Shown one piece after another: positions 19,610 to 28,242 of a stretch of DNA of 64,000 nt. The position numbers were made by a program, and so were the translations under genes. This stretch comes from Candidatus Woesebacteria bacterium (GTDB taxonomy: Bacteria > Patescibacteriota > Microgenomatia > UBA8517), in the NCBI GenBank assembly GCA_963716475.1, contig OY970314.1, positions 628,790 to 692,789 on the forward strand, in the 5' to 3' direction. Position 1 is the first letter of the stretch; every line of letters starts with the position of its first letter. The notes below the pieces were generated by a model. The model had not been told where the DNA came from, did not search any database, and saw nothing but the letters and a program-made list of their open reading frames with translations.

Positions 19610-20770
19610 TTACTCTTTCAAATGAAGATTTATAAATTTATTAACAGATTTTGCTACACCAACAGCGGCTTTGTACGGAACGCCGTTCCCAATTGCCTTG
19701 AACATTTCTGACAAAGTCATCGTATCCGGCAGGACAAATTGTCTGGGTAATGACTGCAGGGAAAGAGCCTCAGCCACTGACAGTCTCCGGGCTTCATAGG
19801 GATGAAGGTGAACCTCGTTATTACCATATGCAACGGTGGGAGAATATTTCCAGCGGTGCAATCTTTTAAATGATTTTTTCGAAACGTCGCCTTCCTTTGT
19901 ATCCCTAAAACGAAGAAGCGCTTGCCGGGGTTTAAAATAATGTTTGGAATTTGGATGAGTTAGTACCCGGTTTTTATTAAACCAGTACTCTACGGTAGTA
20001 TCCTCCGGAATACTTTTCGGTCTTTTTTTCATCGACCCATCATAAAGGTGCTCAACTTTTTTGTATTTACTAAATATTTCCTCCCGTGGGTACTTAACAA
20101 AGTCATTCCAGGGAAATGCCTTCGAATTAAGAAGATGTCCGTCTTTCGGGTCGAGGATTTTATTAGGTATCAGTTTATTATCAAATCCGATAAGAATAAT
20201 CCTGTCCCTGTCTTGTGGTACACCATATTCAATGGCATTAATAAGCCTCTCGGTTATAACATATCCTTCTTTTTGCAATTTTTTCTTTAATTCTTCATAA
20301 AAAAGTCTGTGACTTTTGGTTCTCCACATACCCTTTACGTTCTCAAACAAAAAGAAGTCCGGTTTCTGCTGGCTAATTAAAGTGGTGTATATTGCCGAGA
20401 GTTTTCCATGTTTTCCACATCGGCCTTTATTTTTACCCGCTACGGAAAAATCAGGGCAAGGGGGTCCACCAATAAATCCGACGAGTGAACCTTTTTCCCT
20501 GGCATCCTTAACAAAACCTGATAGTCTTTTCTTCCACAACCCTTTTGTAAGCTCCTTCATGTCCCCTTCGTGGTACCCGTATCTGGGAGCGGGAAGCTTC
20601 ATTTTGACGCGGGCAGTTTTATACGCACCAAGAAAAGAAGAGTTCAGCTCGTTAACAAAAGCTATATCGAAACCGCTGCTTTCAAAACCTAAATCTAAAA
20701 AACCTACACCGGCGAAAAAGGAGAATATTAAATTTTTACTTTTTTCCCCAGAGGCTAAAACTTGTATCAT
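19610..20770 (-). CDS. dcm: DNA (cytosine-5)-methyltransferase (DrmMII-like)
   Basis: motif I 'FFAGVGFLDLGF', motif IV 'GGPPCPDFS', motif VI 'FLFENVKGM', motif X 'AIGNGVPYKAA'. Confidence 0.85.
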   Translation of the reverse strand: MIQVLASGEKSKNLIFSFFAGVGFLDLGFESSGFDIAFVNELNSSFLGAYKTARVKMKLPAPRYGYHEGDMKELTKGLWKKRLSGFVKDAREKGSLVGFIGGPPCPDFSVAGKNKGRCGKHGKLSAIYTTLISQQKPDFFLFENVKGMWRTKSHRLFYEELKKKLQKEGYVITERLINAIEYGVPQDRDRIILIGFDNKLIPNKILDPKDGHLLNSKAFPWNDFVKYPREEIFSKYKKVEHLYDGSMKKRPKSIPEDTTVEYWFNKNRVLTHPNSKHYFKPRQALLRFRDTKEGDVSKKSFKRLHRWKYSPTVAYGNNEVHLHPYEARRLSVAEALSLQSLPRQFVLPDTMTLSEMFKAIGNGVPYKAAVGVAKSVNKFINLHLKE

Positions 20771-20843
20771 CCTGCCTATATGTTATCACTTTTACTACAT
20801 AATCAGTTAAGATCGGAGGAACGAATTTTGTCACACTCCGGGC

Positions 20844-21248
20844 TTACCCTTGACTTATCAGAAGCCTAAATAACCTGTTAATTGCTCTATCTGGGTTTCG
20901 AACTATGTCATTGCCCCAAAAATTAATAATATGCCAGCCCTCTTTACGAAGCGTTCTTTGAACCAGCCTGTCTCGTTTAATATTATTTCCGATTTTTTTA
21001 ATCCAATATTCAGGGGTGGCATTCTTCTTGGTTAAATAATTTTTACCATGCCAAAATTCTCCGTTGATAAATACGGCGACTTTATATTCAGGAAAGGCTA
21101 TGTCAGGTTTCCCTATAACTGGATAATGTTTCTTAAACTTGCAGCCGATTTTTTCCAGCAATTGAAACATTAGCTTCTCAGGTTTTGTATTTTCTGACCT
21201 AATCCGCGACATGTTATAACTTCTTTGTTCCTTAGTTTTTATATCCAT
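20844..21248 (-). CDS. vsr: very-short-patch-repair endonuclease Vsr
   Basis: 'YNMSRIRSENTKPE...GKPDIAFPEYKVAVFINGEFWHG' canonical Vsr; directly upstream of dcm. Confidence 0.8.
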   Translation of the reverse strand: MDIKTKEQRSYNMSRIRSENTKPEKLMFQLLEKIGCKFKKHYPVIGKPDIAFPEYKVAVFINGEFWHGKNYLTKKNATPEYWIKKIGNNIKRDRLVQRTLRKEGWHIINFWGNDIVRNPDRAINRLFRLLISQG

Positions 21249-21292
21249 TCAGGCATATTCTACTATACAAAGCAATTGGCCGATTTTTACGG

Positions 21293-21712
21293 CTAGTCAA
21301 CCGTTCCCTGCTGTTTTTGAGTCTCGTAATGGCATTTTTCGCCGTTACTTAACCCTACAATCGTCAGCTGTACGAAAAACTGTTTCCAAGTCTTTCCGTT
21401 TGCGAGGAGCACGATCTCACCATTTACCGTCTTAACGCCTTCCCACCTGTCATCGTATTTTTTTACTACCACCGTGTTATCGGGACCGTACTTATTTTTA
21501 TAGACCAAGCTTCTCTCATTTACTCCTTTCTTGTACGTTTCCGTGTCCGGTTCGTAAAGAGCAGTCGCAGACATGTGAACACCTTTAACTGCAAAAAAGT
21601 TTGCAAAAAGGATATTCAGCGGAAAATCGGATAGCTCGGGCCTTCCATCCACTTCAAGTTTATTCGGAATAAAACCGAATCTTTGGAGCGGGTTTGCATT
21701 TGTTTCTATCAT
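21293..21712 (-). CDS. hypothetical protein
   Basis: 139 aa ORF. Confidence 0.4.
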   Translation of the reverse strand: MIETNANPLQRFGFIPNKLEVDGRPELSDFPLNILFANFFAVKGVHMSATALYEPDTETYKKGVNERSLVYKNKYGPDNTVVVKKYDDRWEGVKTVNGEIVLLANGKTWKQFFVQLTIVGLSNGEKCHYETQKQQGTVD

Positions 21713-21732
21713 CTTTTATCACCTCCCTTCCA

Positions 21733-21761
21733 ACAAAAAAACCTCTCCGAAAGAGAGGTCA
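21733..21761 (-). terminator. rho-independent terminator (minus strand: gaCCTCTCtttcgGAGAGGttttttt)
   Basis: 6-bp GC-rich stem, 5-nt loop, T7 run on minus strand; downstream of 21911..22249. Confidence 0.4.
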
Positions 21762-21910
21762 AAAGAAAACTTTGCCAAAAAAATCGGCCAAATCTTTCCC
21801 TTCCGGGCTGGATTTAGCACCGTAATAAAAAACTTTTTACCCGGTTGCTGAGTGGATCAAAGGGCCAGTGCCCTAACCACTACTCTTGATTTATTTGCCT
21901 TGCGGAATGA

Positions 21911-22249
21911 TTATAACACAGGTAGAGTGGGAAAAACTTCTTTTACAAACTTATCTGCAAAAGCTTTCATAATTTTATTCCCATTCATATCGGTGCTGTG
22001 ATATAAAACGGTTTTTGGCCAAAATCGGCGTGTCTTATTCTGAACACACAAATCCGCAAGATATTTCATAACATCATCCCCTAATTTCGTGTGATTGAGG
22101 TGAAAATCAAAATCCATACTTTCAATAAATAAGTCTTCCTTCTGAAGCATTATTTCCGCCACTTTCTCTACCCCTTCAATATTTTTGAGGTTAATCCAGC
22201 CTTCCGGAGCTTGCCTCATGTCATCCAGCCAGATTTTTATTGCAGCCAT
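21911..22249 (-). CDS. hypothetical protein
   Basis: 112 aa ORF. Confidence 0.4.
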   Translation of the reverse strand: MAAIKIWLDDMRQAPEGWINLKNIEGVEKVAEIMLQKEDLFIESMDFDFHLNHTKLGDDVMKYLADLCVQNKTRRFWPKTVLYHSTDMNGNKIMKAFADKFVKEVFPTLPVL

Positions 22250-22298
22250 TTTCTGTTAATCGACAAATTAGTTTGTATAAGCGTAACTTGGCATCTTG

Positions 22299-23360
22299 CT
22301 AGTTGTAAAACCAGTCCCAGCCGGGGTTTTCGACAACCTTAATATTGGAACTTTGAAGTTTCAGATTGTTCCCCACTATCCAATAACCTTCGAAATATTT
22401 ATTCATAGTTGTCCCTTCCACCCAGTCTAATGATTGCAGTTTGATATTAATTTTATTTTCGTTTTTCGCGTCGGGTGAGGCTGATATTAGGTAAACCTGG
22501 AGAGTTGTGGCATAACCCTGAATCCACGAATCGAAAGTCTGGGTTTGGCGCATCGGGTCCATCTGGTCATAAGCTTTTCTTAGATCGCGGGCACCGATAT
22601 AAGTATAGAAGGCGTTAACAACCCCGAGAGGGTTTGTGGTGTCGATCTTAATTTTTGCAACTTGCTCATCGGAAAGTCCCAGTATTGAATTTTGAACGGA
22701 AGCGATATCAATAAATTCGGAAAGCCCCGCAACACCCATTGTGTTTACACCTATTACCTCCCCGCATGCATTAACAAGAGGACCTCCGCTCATTCCGGAA
22801 ATTACCGTGGCATCGGTTTTGATATATGAACCCTTGAAAGTATTATCATAAATTGTTCCGGTGTAGGAACCTTTATTGATGATTACTCCCCCTTTAAGTT
22901 CCGATCCAAATGCGTAACCCACAGCATAAACCGGCTCGCCAAAAACCGGATTGGGGGCACTTCCCAATGTTCCAAAATAACCGTAAAAAGGAAGCGGGGT
23001 AAGCTTACGATTTATTTTCAAAACGGCCATATCCTTGGTTTTGTCACCTCGGATGCTTACGGGAGTTTCGATACTACCGTCCGGGAAAACAACTTTAGGG
23101 GTCGCGTCGCCGTCAATTACGTGGAAGTTGGTGAAAATTTCATTTTCCGAAACAGGAAACCCTGACCCTTCTCCCAAACTTCCTTCTATGCGTACTACCT
23201 TCTCGTTCATAGTTTTTTGAATTTCGGCCTGCGAACATTTCAAAAGTTTGGTTCCACCGAAACGTTTTTCCACATTGGAAAGCCGGATGTTGAGATAACC
23301 GATATAGGCGAGAACAGCGGCAATGAGGATAAACTTCAGGAGCTTCATTATGCGTTTCAC
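22299..23360 (-). CDS. secreted trypsin-like (S1) serine protease with C-terminal extra domain
   Basis: N-terminal TM/signal; 'TNFHVIDG' (His), 'DMAVLKI' (Asp), 'GMSGGPLV' (Ser) catalytic triad context. Confidence 0.65.
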   Translation of the reverse strand: MKRIMKLLKFILIAAVLAYIGYLNIRLSNVEKRFGGTKLLKCSQAEIQKTMNEKVVRIEGSLGEGSGFPVSENEIFTNFHVIDGDATPKVVFPDGSIETPVSIRGDKTKDMAVLKINRKLTPLPFYGYFGTLGSAPNPVFGEPVYAVGYAFGSELKGGVIINKGSYTGTIYDNTFKGSYIKTDATVISGMSGGPLVNACGEVIGVNTMGVAGLSEFIDIASVQNSILGLSDEQVAKIKIDTTNPLGVVNAFYTYIGARDLRKAYDQMDPMRQTQTFDSWIQGYATTLQVYLISASPDAKNENKINIKLQSLDWVEGTTMNKYFEGYWIVGNNLKLQSSNIKVVENPGWDWFYN

Positions 23361-23444
23361 CTTAGCCTATATTACCACAGAACTTATCTTTTCTTTACCT
23401 GGTCCGGGCTGAAGGCCGGGGTGCAAAAGTTCAGAAGTAGCGCT

Positions 23445-23996
23445 TCAGGGCATAAAGAAGTAATTGTACTCATCAAAGGTAAAGTGGCCGGAGGGACGAT
23501 TTAATAAAATATCTGCAATCTGCCAGGCATCCATATCCTCGGAAATCCTGTACTCAGCGTTTTTGTCTATCGTTCTGCCTTTATCAACAACGATTGCATT
23601 TTCGCCTGGTGTCACGTCCTTGGTGTGCTCCAAAGCGTAGCGGAAACCGCTTTCATCCCTGATAAAACCGTAATATTTGAGGTTACTGACCAAAGCGTCC
23701 AAAGTTGTAGCGGCGCCGATTCTAAGATCCACCGTTCCGTCAACGCCGGGTTTTGACCTGATGCCGGAAGCTTCCTCAGGGGTCATTCTTAAATTGGCAA
23801 TAAAATAATCTTCAACTTTTTTTGGAGAACTCCATCCCCTTCCGGGTGCCAGAAAATCATCCCGGTCGGGTTCGTGTTCCCCTAGGAAAACAAAAAATCC
23901 GATTAATAAAAGTAAAATAATTCCGCCGATTACATAAGGGCGCTTCCTTAATATTTTCTTCATTACCTTAGATTTTATCACAGCAGTGTCAGTCAT
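23445..23996 (-). CDS. membrane-anchored hypothetical protein
   Basis: 183 aa, single N-terminal TM. Confidence 0.4.
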   Translation of the reverse strand: MTDTAVIKSKVMKKILRKRPYVIGGIILLLLIGFFVFLGEHEPDRDDFLAPGRGWSSPKKVEDYFIANLRMTPEEASGIRSKPGVDGTVDLRIGAATTLDALVSNLKYYGFIRDESGFRYALEHTKDVTPGENAIVVDKGRTIDKNAEYRISEDMDAWQIADILLNRPSGHFTFDEYNYFFMP

Positions 23997-24067
23997 ACTG
24001 CCTATTTCTTTGCTTGCCTAAGAAGACACTTCAATACTTCTTTGCTTCTCCAATGAAACAATATATC

Positions 24068-24097
24068 AAATATTCTTTGCTCGTCCAAAGAATATTT
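24068..24097. promoter_or_regulatory. 30-bp perfect inverted repeat AAATATTCTTTG-n6-CAAAGAATATTT
   Basis: 12-bp arms, 6-bp spacer, ~70 bp upstream of 23445..23996 start; two further TCTTTGCT half-site-like repeats at ~24008 and ~24040. Confidence 0.35.
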
Positions 24098-24285
24098 GGA
24101 AAGAAAAGACGCCACGTGGCCTTTTAACCAGTCATTCCGTTCGCTCATTCATACAAAAGAACTTCTTCGCGTCAAGCGCTCGTCAGACAACTTTTGTTAT
24201 TAATTGAATTCGCTCTCTTCACTTCAGGCTAAAAAGCCAGAGTGGATTTAGGGGGACATGTTGCTAAAAATTTCAGGTGGGTGGT

Positions 24286-24456
24286 TTAAGAGGATTTGCG
24301 GGCTTCGCGCATTTTCAAATATTCGTATCCCGCGATACCGAGAAGTGCAAAGCCTGCGGGAACACTTACTACTGAGGCCACAACTCCGGCTGCCAGAAAT
24401 ACGTTCATTCTGGTTTTGTACATTTTTACTTCCTTGCCTTCGTGTTCCTGTGTCAT
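24286..24456 (-). CDS. unlisted 56-aa small membrane protein (MTQEHEGKEVKMYKTRMNVFLAAGVVASVVSVPAGFALLGIAGYEYLKMREARKSS)
   Basis: ATGA start/stop overlap with upstream gene 24453..24701; one clear TM helix; below the ORF-track length cutoff. Confidence 0.3.
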   Translation of the reverse strand: MTQEHEGKEVKMYKTRMNVFLAAGVVASVVSVPAGFALLGIAGYEYLKMREARKSS

Positions 24457-24701
24457 GACGATATTTTCCTATCCTTATACAAAATTTCTCTTTTTATATA
24501 AAAACCTTCGGTACCGTCGGGTAAAATTTTCGGGCCCGCGGAGATTCTGGGTTGTTGGCCGCTAGGAAATCTTCCCCAATACCAATCTTTGAAACCCTCT
24601 CTGACTAATTCCAATGCCTCAGGAATGGCACTAAGTTTGCCATTATTATCGCGGTGAGGAGCTTCAATAAAAACCTCCTCTATGGTTTCCTTATTCAACA
24701 T
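24453..24701 (-). CDS. hypothetical protein
   Basis: 82 aa; TACAAT 8 nt upstream of ATG. Confidence 0.4.
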   Translation of the reverse strand: MLNKETIEEVFIEAPHRDNNGKLSAIPEALELVREGFKDWYWGRFPSGQQPRISAGPKILPDGTEGFYIKREILYKDRKISS

Positions 24702-24770
24702 TTGAAGCTATTGTAGCACTTTATGGAGTTATCTTAAGCCCTTGTTCGTAAATACAGCGAACTTGGAGCA

Positions 24771-25334
24771 TTAGTGTTTTGAAAAGAATCTGCCGATTTG
24801 CGATCCCATTTGTTCAAACTTTTCCCTTCTCTTTTCGGAATTAACTTTTTTGCGAAGGTCCGACCTTATACCTTTGACAAACGGCTCATCCCTTTCTTCC
24901 AAAAAGGGAAGTGCAGGTTTGCCAATACTTACTACCGTTTCGGCAACAATCTGACAGGACCACAGGCTGTCCGACCGACTTTCCGAACAGTTTCTCATCG
25001 CCTGGGCTTCTTTACCCATGGAGTAGTATTCATGCGCACTTGATTCATAATAAATACCCTTATTTACAAGTTCCGCAACAATTAAGGGCATTGTTTCCGG
25101 TTGTTCTTTAGCCAGTTTCCAAATCTCCTCCTGCGCGGCTTTGGTTTTATTCAAAGATTCCTGATCAATCGCTTCATAGGACATATCATCGGGCGGCACA
25201 TTCCCGTAAGTTTTGGGCGGTTCACCGTCCCGGTATTTTGTACACCTTCTGACCTCCAACCTGCCTACAAGATCGCAAATAACCACGGACATTAATTCGT
25301 TACCTTTCGCAGCCGGACTGTTATCAATTTCCAT
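24771..25334 (-). CDS. hypothetical protein
   Basis: 187 aa; same GCTATTGTAGCACTT promoter motif as 24453..24701. Confidence 0.45.
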   Translation of the reverse strand: MEIDNSPAAKGNELMSVVICDLVGRLEVRRCTKYRDGEPPKTYGNVPPDDMSYEAIDQESLNKTKAAQEEIWKLAKEQPETMPLIVAELVNKGIYYESSAHEYYSMGKEAQAMRNCSESRSDSLWSCQIVAETVVSIGKPALPFLEERDEPFVKGIRSDLRKKVNSEKRREKFEQMGSQIGRFFSKH

Positions 25335-25387
25335 TTGGGGCTATTGTAGCACTTCCTTAATTGACTTTTTGGATTTAATTGAAAACT

Positions 25388-26524
25388 TTAAGGAGTTGGG
25401 GTTGGAACGGTGCAAGTTATGGTTATCGGAGTCCCCGGAAGAAGAGAGGTGTTACCCGTCGGTATATCAATAGGATATGCATAAATTTTGTGCGATTTAC
25501 CGTCTTTGACGCTAATTGGTGTATTAAAAATATATCTGTGTGAGCCGGTTCCGCCGCAGGCGTTAGCGTTTATCAGGTCTTGTCCGAATCTGTTGGCAAT
25601 AGTATTGCCTATGTATGTTCCCGACCCGACCGGACCGTCGGCATAAAAATTAACCGTCAGTGCCTGATTGTAATTGTCCTGGTCACAAGTCCAGCCCCAG
25701 CTGCTGCTGCAGTTCGCACCATCCTGCCAGCCGGTAGGAGGATACTTTGAACTTAAAGTAGGCGTCGCTGTGGGTGCGGGTGTTATGGTTGGTTTAACGG
25801 TTGGCATTGGGGTTGGGACAGGTGTCGGGACCGGTGTTGGCGAAGTTGTCGGTTTAGCAGTCGGTATCGGAGTTGATTTATTTATGACAAGATTTATTCC
25901 GGTAGCAGTTGTATTAAAAACTGAATGATCAAGTGCAATTATCTGGATCCCGGAACCGACAAATGTAATAGTTGTAGACACGTTTTGTGATGAAGTATTC
26001 GAGTTAAAGGTTAAGTCGGCAACCTGAAACACCCCCGAGGGAGGAGCAGCCGATAGAGCCGGATCTGCACCTGAAACCACTGAGACTTTACCGGTTGTGT
26101 TGGCTTCTGCCATCGACGTAACTTTTATATTTTTTGTCAGACCACCCTTGAGAACAATCTCGTTTGTCATTTTGATAAGCTTCGGGTCAAATGAGAGTTC
26201 AATATCGGAATAAATCACGGGAGAATTCGAATTTATCCAAATACCAAAAGTGCTCTGGGGCGGAAGATCCCAGGACGCCAGCTGAAAAGAAACGGATGCC
26301 TGATGTGTATCGGCACTGGTACTTAAAGTTTGCCTCTTTTGGGCTGCAGCAACAATCAGGAAAATCGCAATTGCCGGAACGACAACAAGAAAATACTTTA
26401 TAAAGTTCCTGCCGCGGTTTCCAAACTTAGACAGTTTAGTCTTAAATTTTGAAAAGAGGCCTCCTCCCCGACCGGCCCCTGCCTTCTTTGACTGAATAAA
26501 TATTTCCTTTATTCTCACGTCCAT
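25388..26524 (-). CDS. secreted protein with Pro/Thr-rich linker and C-terminal ~110-aa Cys-containing domain shared with next gene
   Basis: N-terminal TM; 'PTPVPTPVPTPMPT' linker; C-terminal 'GWQDGANCSSSWGWTCDQDNYNQ...'. Confidence 0.55.
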   Translation of the reverse strand: MDVRIKEIFIQSKKAGAGRGGGLFSKFKTKLSKFGNRGRNFIKYFLVVVPAIAIFLIVAAAQKRQTLSTSADTHQASVSFQLASWDLPPQSTFGIWINSNSPVIYSDIELSFDPKLIKMTNEIVLKGGLTKNIKVTSMAEANTTGKVSVVSGADPALSAAPPSGVFQVADLTFNSNTSSQNVSTTITFVGSGIQIIALDHSVFNTTATGINLVINKSTPIPTAKPTTSPTPVPTPVPTPMPTVKPTITPAPTATPTLSSKYPPTGWQDGANCSSSWGWTCDQDNYNQALTVNFYADGPVGSGTYIGNTIANRFGQDLINANACGGTGSHRYIFNTPISVKDGKSHKIYAYPIDIPTGNTSLLPGTPITITCTVPTPTP

Positions 26525-26525
26525 T

Positions 26526-28187
26526 TCATTTACCGTAATTTGTAAACCAATATGAATAATCTATACCATCAACTTTTCCATCGTTATTGAAGTCCCCGCC
26601 GGCATACCCCGCGGGAACGGGCACTAATCCAAAATGTGTGCGCCAAATTGTATAATCAGCCGCATCAACTTTTCCGTCTCCGTTTGCATCCCCCATCTTT
26701 AATACCGGAGTCGGCGTTGGTGTAGGGACCGGCGTGGATGTGGAGGTAACGGGAGCACAGGTAATAGTTTTTGTACCTCCGGGAACGGGAACGCTATCGC
26801 CCGACGGTACATTTATGGCATAAGCATATATTGTATGCGACTTACCGTCTTTTACGCTGACGGGTGTATTAAAAATAAATCTGTGTGCACCCGTTCCCCC
26901 GCAGACATTAGCATTCACTAAATCTTGCCCGAATGTCTTGGCAGGGGCTGAACCTATGTATATTCCGCCGCCGCCGTAAGGCCCGTCAACAAAAAAATCA
27001 ACGTTTAGCGGCTGATTATAATTATCAGCGTCACAAATCCAACCCCAGCTGCTGCTGCAGTTCGCACCGTCATACCAACCCTTAGGAATATTATTTCCAC
27101 CTGTAGGACTGCCGGGCGGAGGAGCCGGTGTCGGAATAAGAACTTGCGACAGAGCATTGATTTTTTTGGTACCTTCAGACAAGGTCGGAACAAGCCATCC
27201 GCCTTCATCATTTTCGTTCCAGGCATAAATAAGAATAAGCTTTGACGGATCGGTTGAGGCATTATTTGCCGTCCAGGTAATGGCATTCTGTAAATGATTT
27301 CTTAACTCCTGGGGAGTAGCCTGCTGATAGTACAAATCTATACCGGGACAGTTTTGCTGACACGTTTCCCACGGTCCGGGATTTTGCACCCTGGGCCGGC
27401 GGTCATAACCGGCCATAACCAAGGGAACAACTGCGGCACCTGAGTTTTTTTGTTTAACCCAAATACCCTCTGCATCAGCCGCAAGATTTATGTAAGGCGT
27501 ACCGTTTCCTGGGTTGCCAACCAAATAAGTGCTAATTGCATCCGCCCCAAGGGTTACTGCCGCCGCCTTAGCATTTTGATAGCTAAAATCCTGAATAATG
27601 ATATATGGGTTTCCGAGACCCGCCTGCTGGACCCGACTGCGGAAAGCATCAACAGTAACTTTCATTGAAGCGCTTGCTGTAGCGGCCGGGAAAAACCAGA
27701 TTGGCCGGTTATTAAGTACTTTTTGATAGCTGGGCTCTTTCATAAGAGAAAGAAATCTATCACTATCGAAGTTGCCCAAATTTGAGTGTATCGCAAAATT
27801 AATATCACTTTTGTGGGTGCTTGACAGATAATAGTTAAGCGCGTCGTCCATGTGATAGTAATCAGGCTTGTAATAATCAAAGGCCCAATAACTAAGACCG
27901 GCTTGTTTGGCATAGGCTATTTCCTGATCTACAACCTGTTGGGAATATCCCCAAGATACCGCTGTATCCGAAATAATCTTTCCGAAAAATGGCACCCGAT
28001 ACTGCCACTGTTTGGGACCAAGCGCCAAAATTGTAGCGCGGCCGATTATATCCAGATCGCCGTACCAGTCATCCCATCTGATTGCGCCGACTATCGGCTT
28101 GGTTTGGGCTTTAACCGGAAGCGCGAAAAAAATAGAGAAGAAAAGAAGGGTTAAAACAAAGGATCCGGACAGGATAAATTTTTTCAT
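26526..28187 (-). CDS. secreted glycoside-hydrolase-like protein with shared Cys domain and C-terminal dockerin-like repeats
   Basis: signal peptide; (beta/alpha)-barrel-like N-domain (assignment uncertain); 'GDANGDGKVDAADYTIW...GDFNNDGKVDGIDYSYW' dockerin type-I-like pair. Confidence 0.5.
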   Translation of the reverse strand: MKKFILSGSFVLTLLFFSIFFALPVKAQTKPIVGAIRWDDWYGDLDIIGRATILALGPKQWQYRVPFFGKIISDTAVSWGYSQQVVDQEIAYAKQAGLSYWAFDYYKPDYYHMDDALNYYLSSTHKSDINFAIHSNLGNFDSDRFLSLMKEPSYQKVLNNRPIWFFPAATASASMKVTVDAFRSRVQQAGLGNPYIIIQDFSYQNAKAAAVTLGADAISTYLVGNPGNGTPYINLAADAEGIWVKQKNSGAAVVPLVMAGYDRRPRVQNPGPWETCQQNCPGIDLYYQQATPQELRNHLQNAITWTANNASTDPSKLILIYAWNENDEGGWLVPTLSEGTKKINALSQVLIPTPAPPPGSPTGGNNIPKGWYDGANCSSSWGWICDADNYNQPLNVDFFVDGPYGGGGIYIGSAPAKTFGQDLVNANVCGGTGAHRFIFNTPVSVKDGKSHTIYAYAINVPSGDSVPVPGGTKTITCAPVTSTSTPVPTPTPTPVLKMGDANGDGKVDAADYTIWRTHFGLVPVPAGYAGGDFNNDGKVDGIDYSYWFTNYGK

Positions 28188-28242
28188 TTACTAAGCTCAA
28201 AAATTGTCTACCAATACATTATAGATAAAAAATAAACTAATG

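Noticed and set aside
21733-21761. Hairpin read as a plus-strand terminator for 21293..21712
   Set aside because: The plus strand has no T-run after the stem (tcaaaag). The T7 run is on the minus strand, so it terminates the minus-strand gene 21911..22249 instead.
25674-25928. 84-aa Gly/Val-rich ORF on the plus strand
   Set aside because: It is the antisense reading of the Pro/Thr linker codons of gene 25388..26524; a low-complexity artefact.
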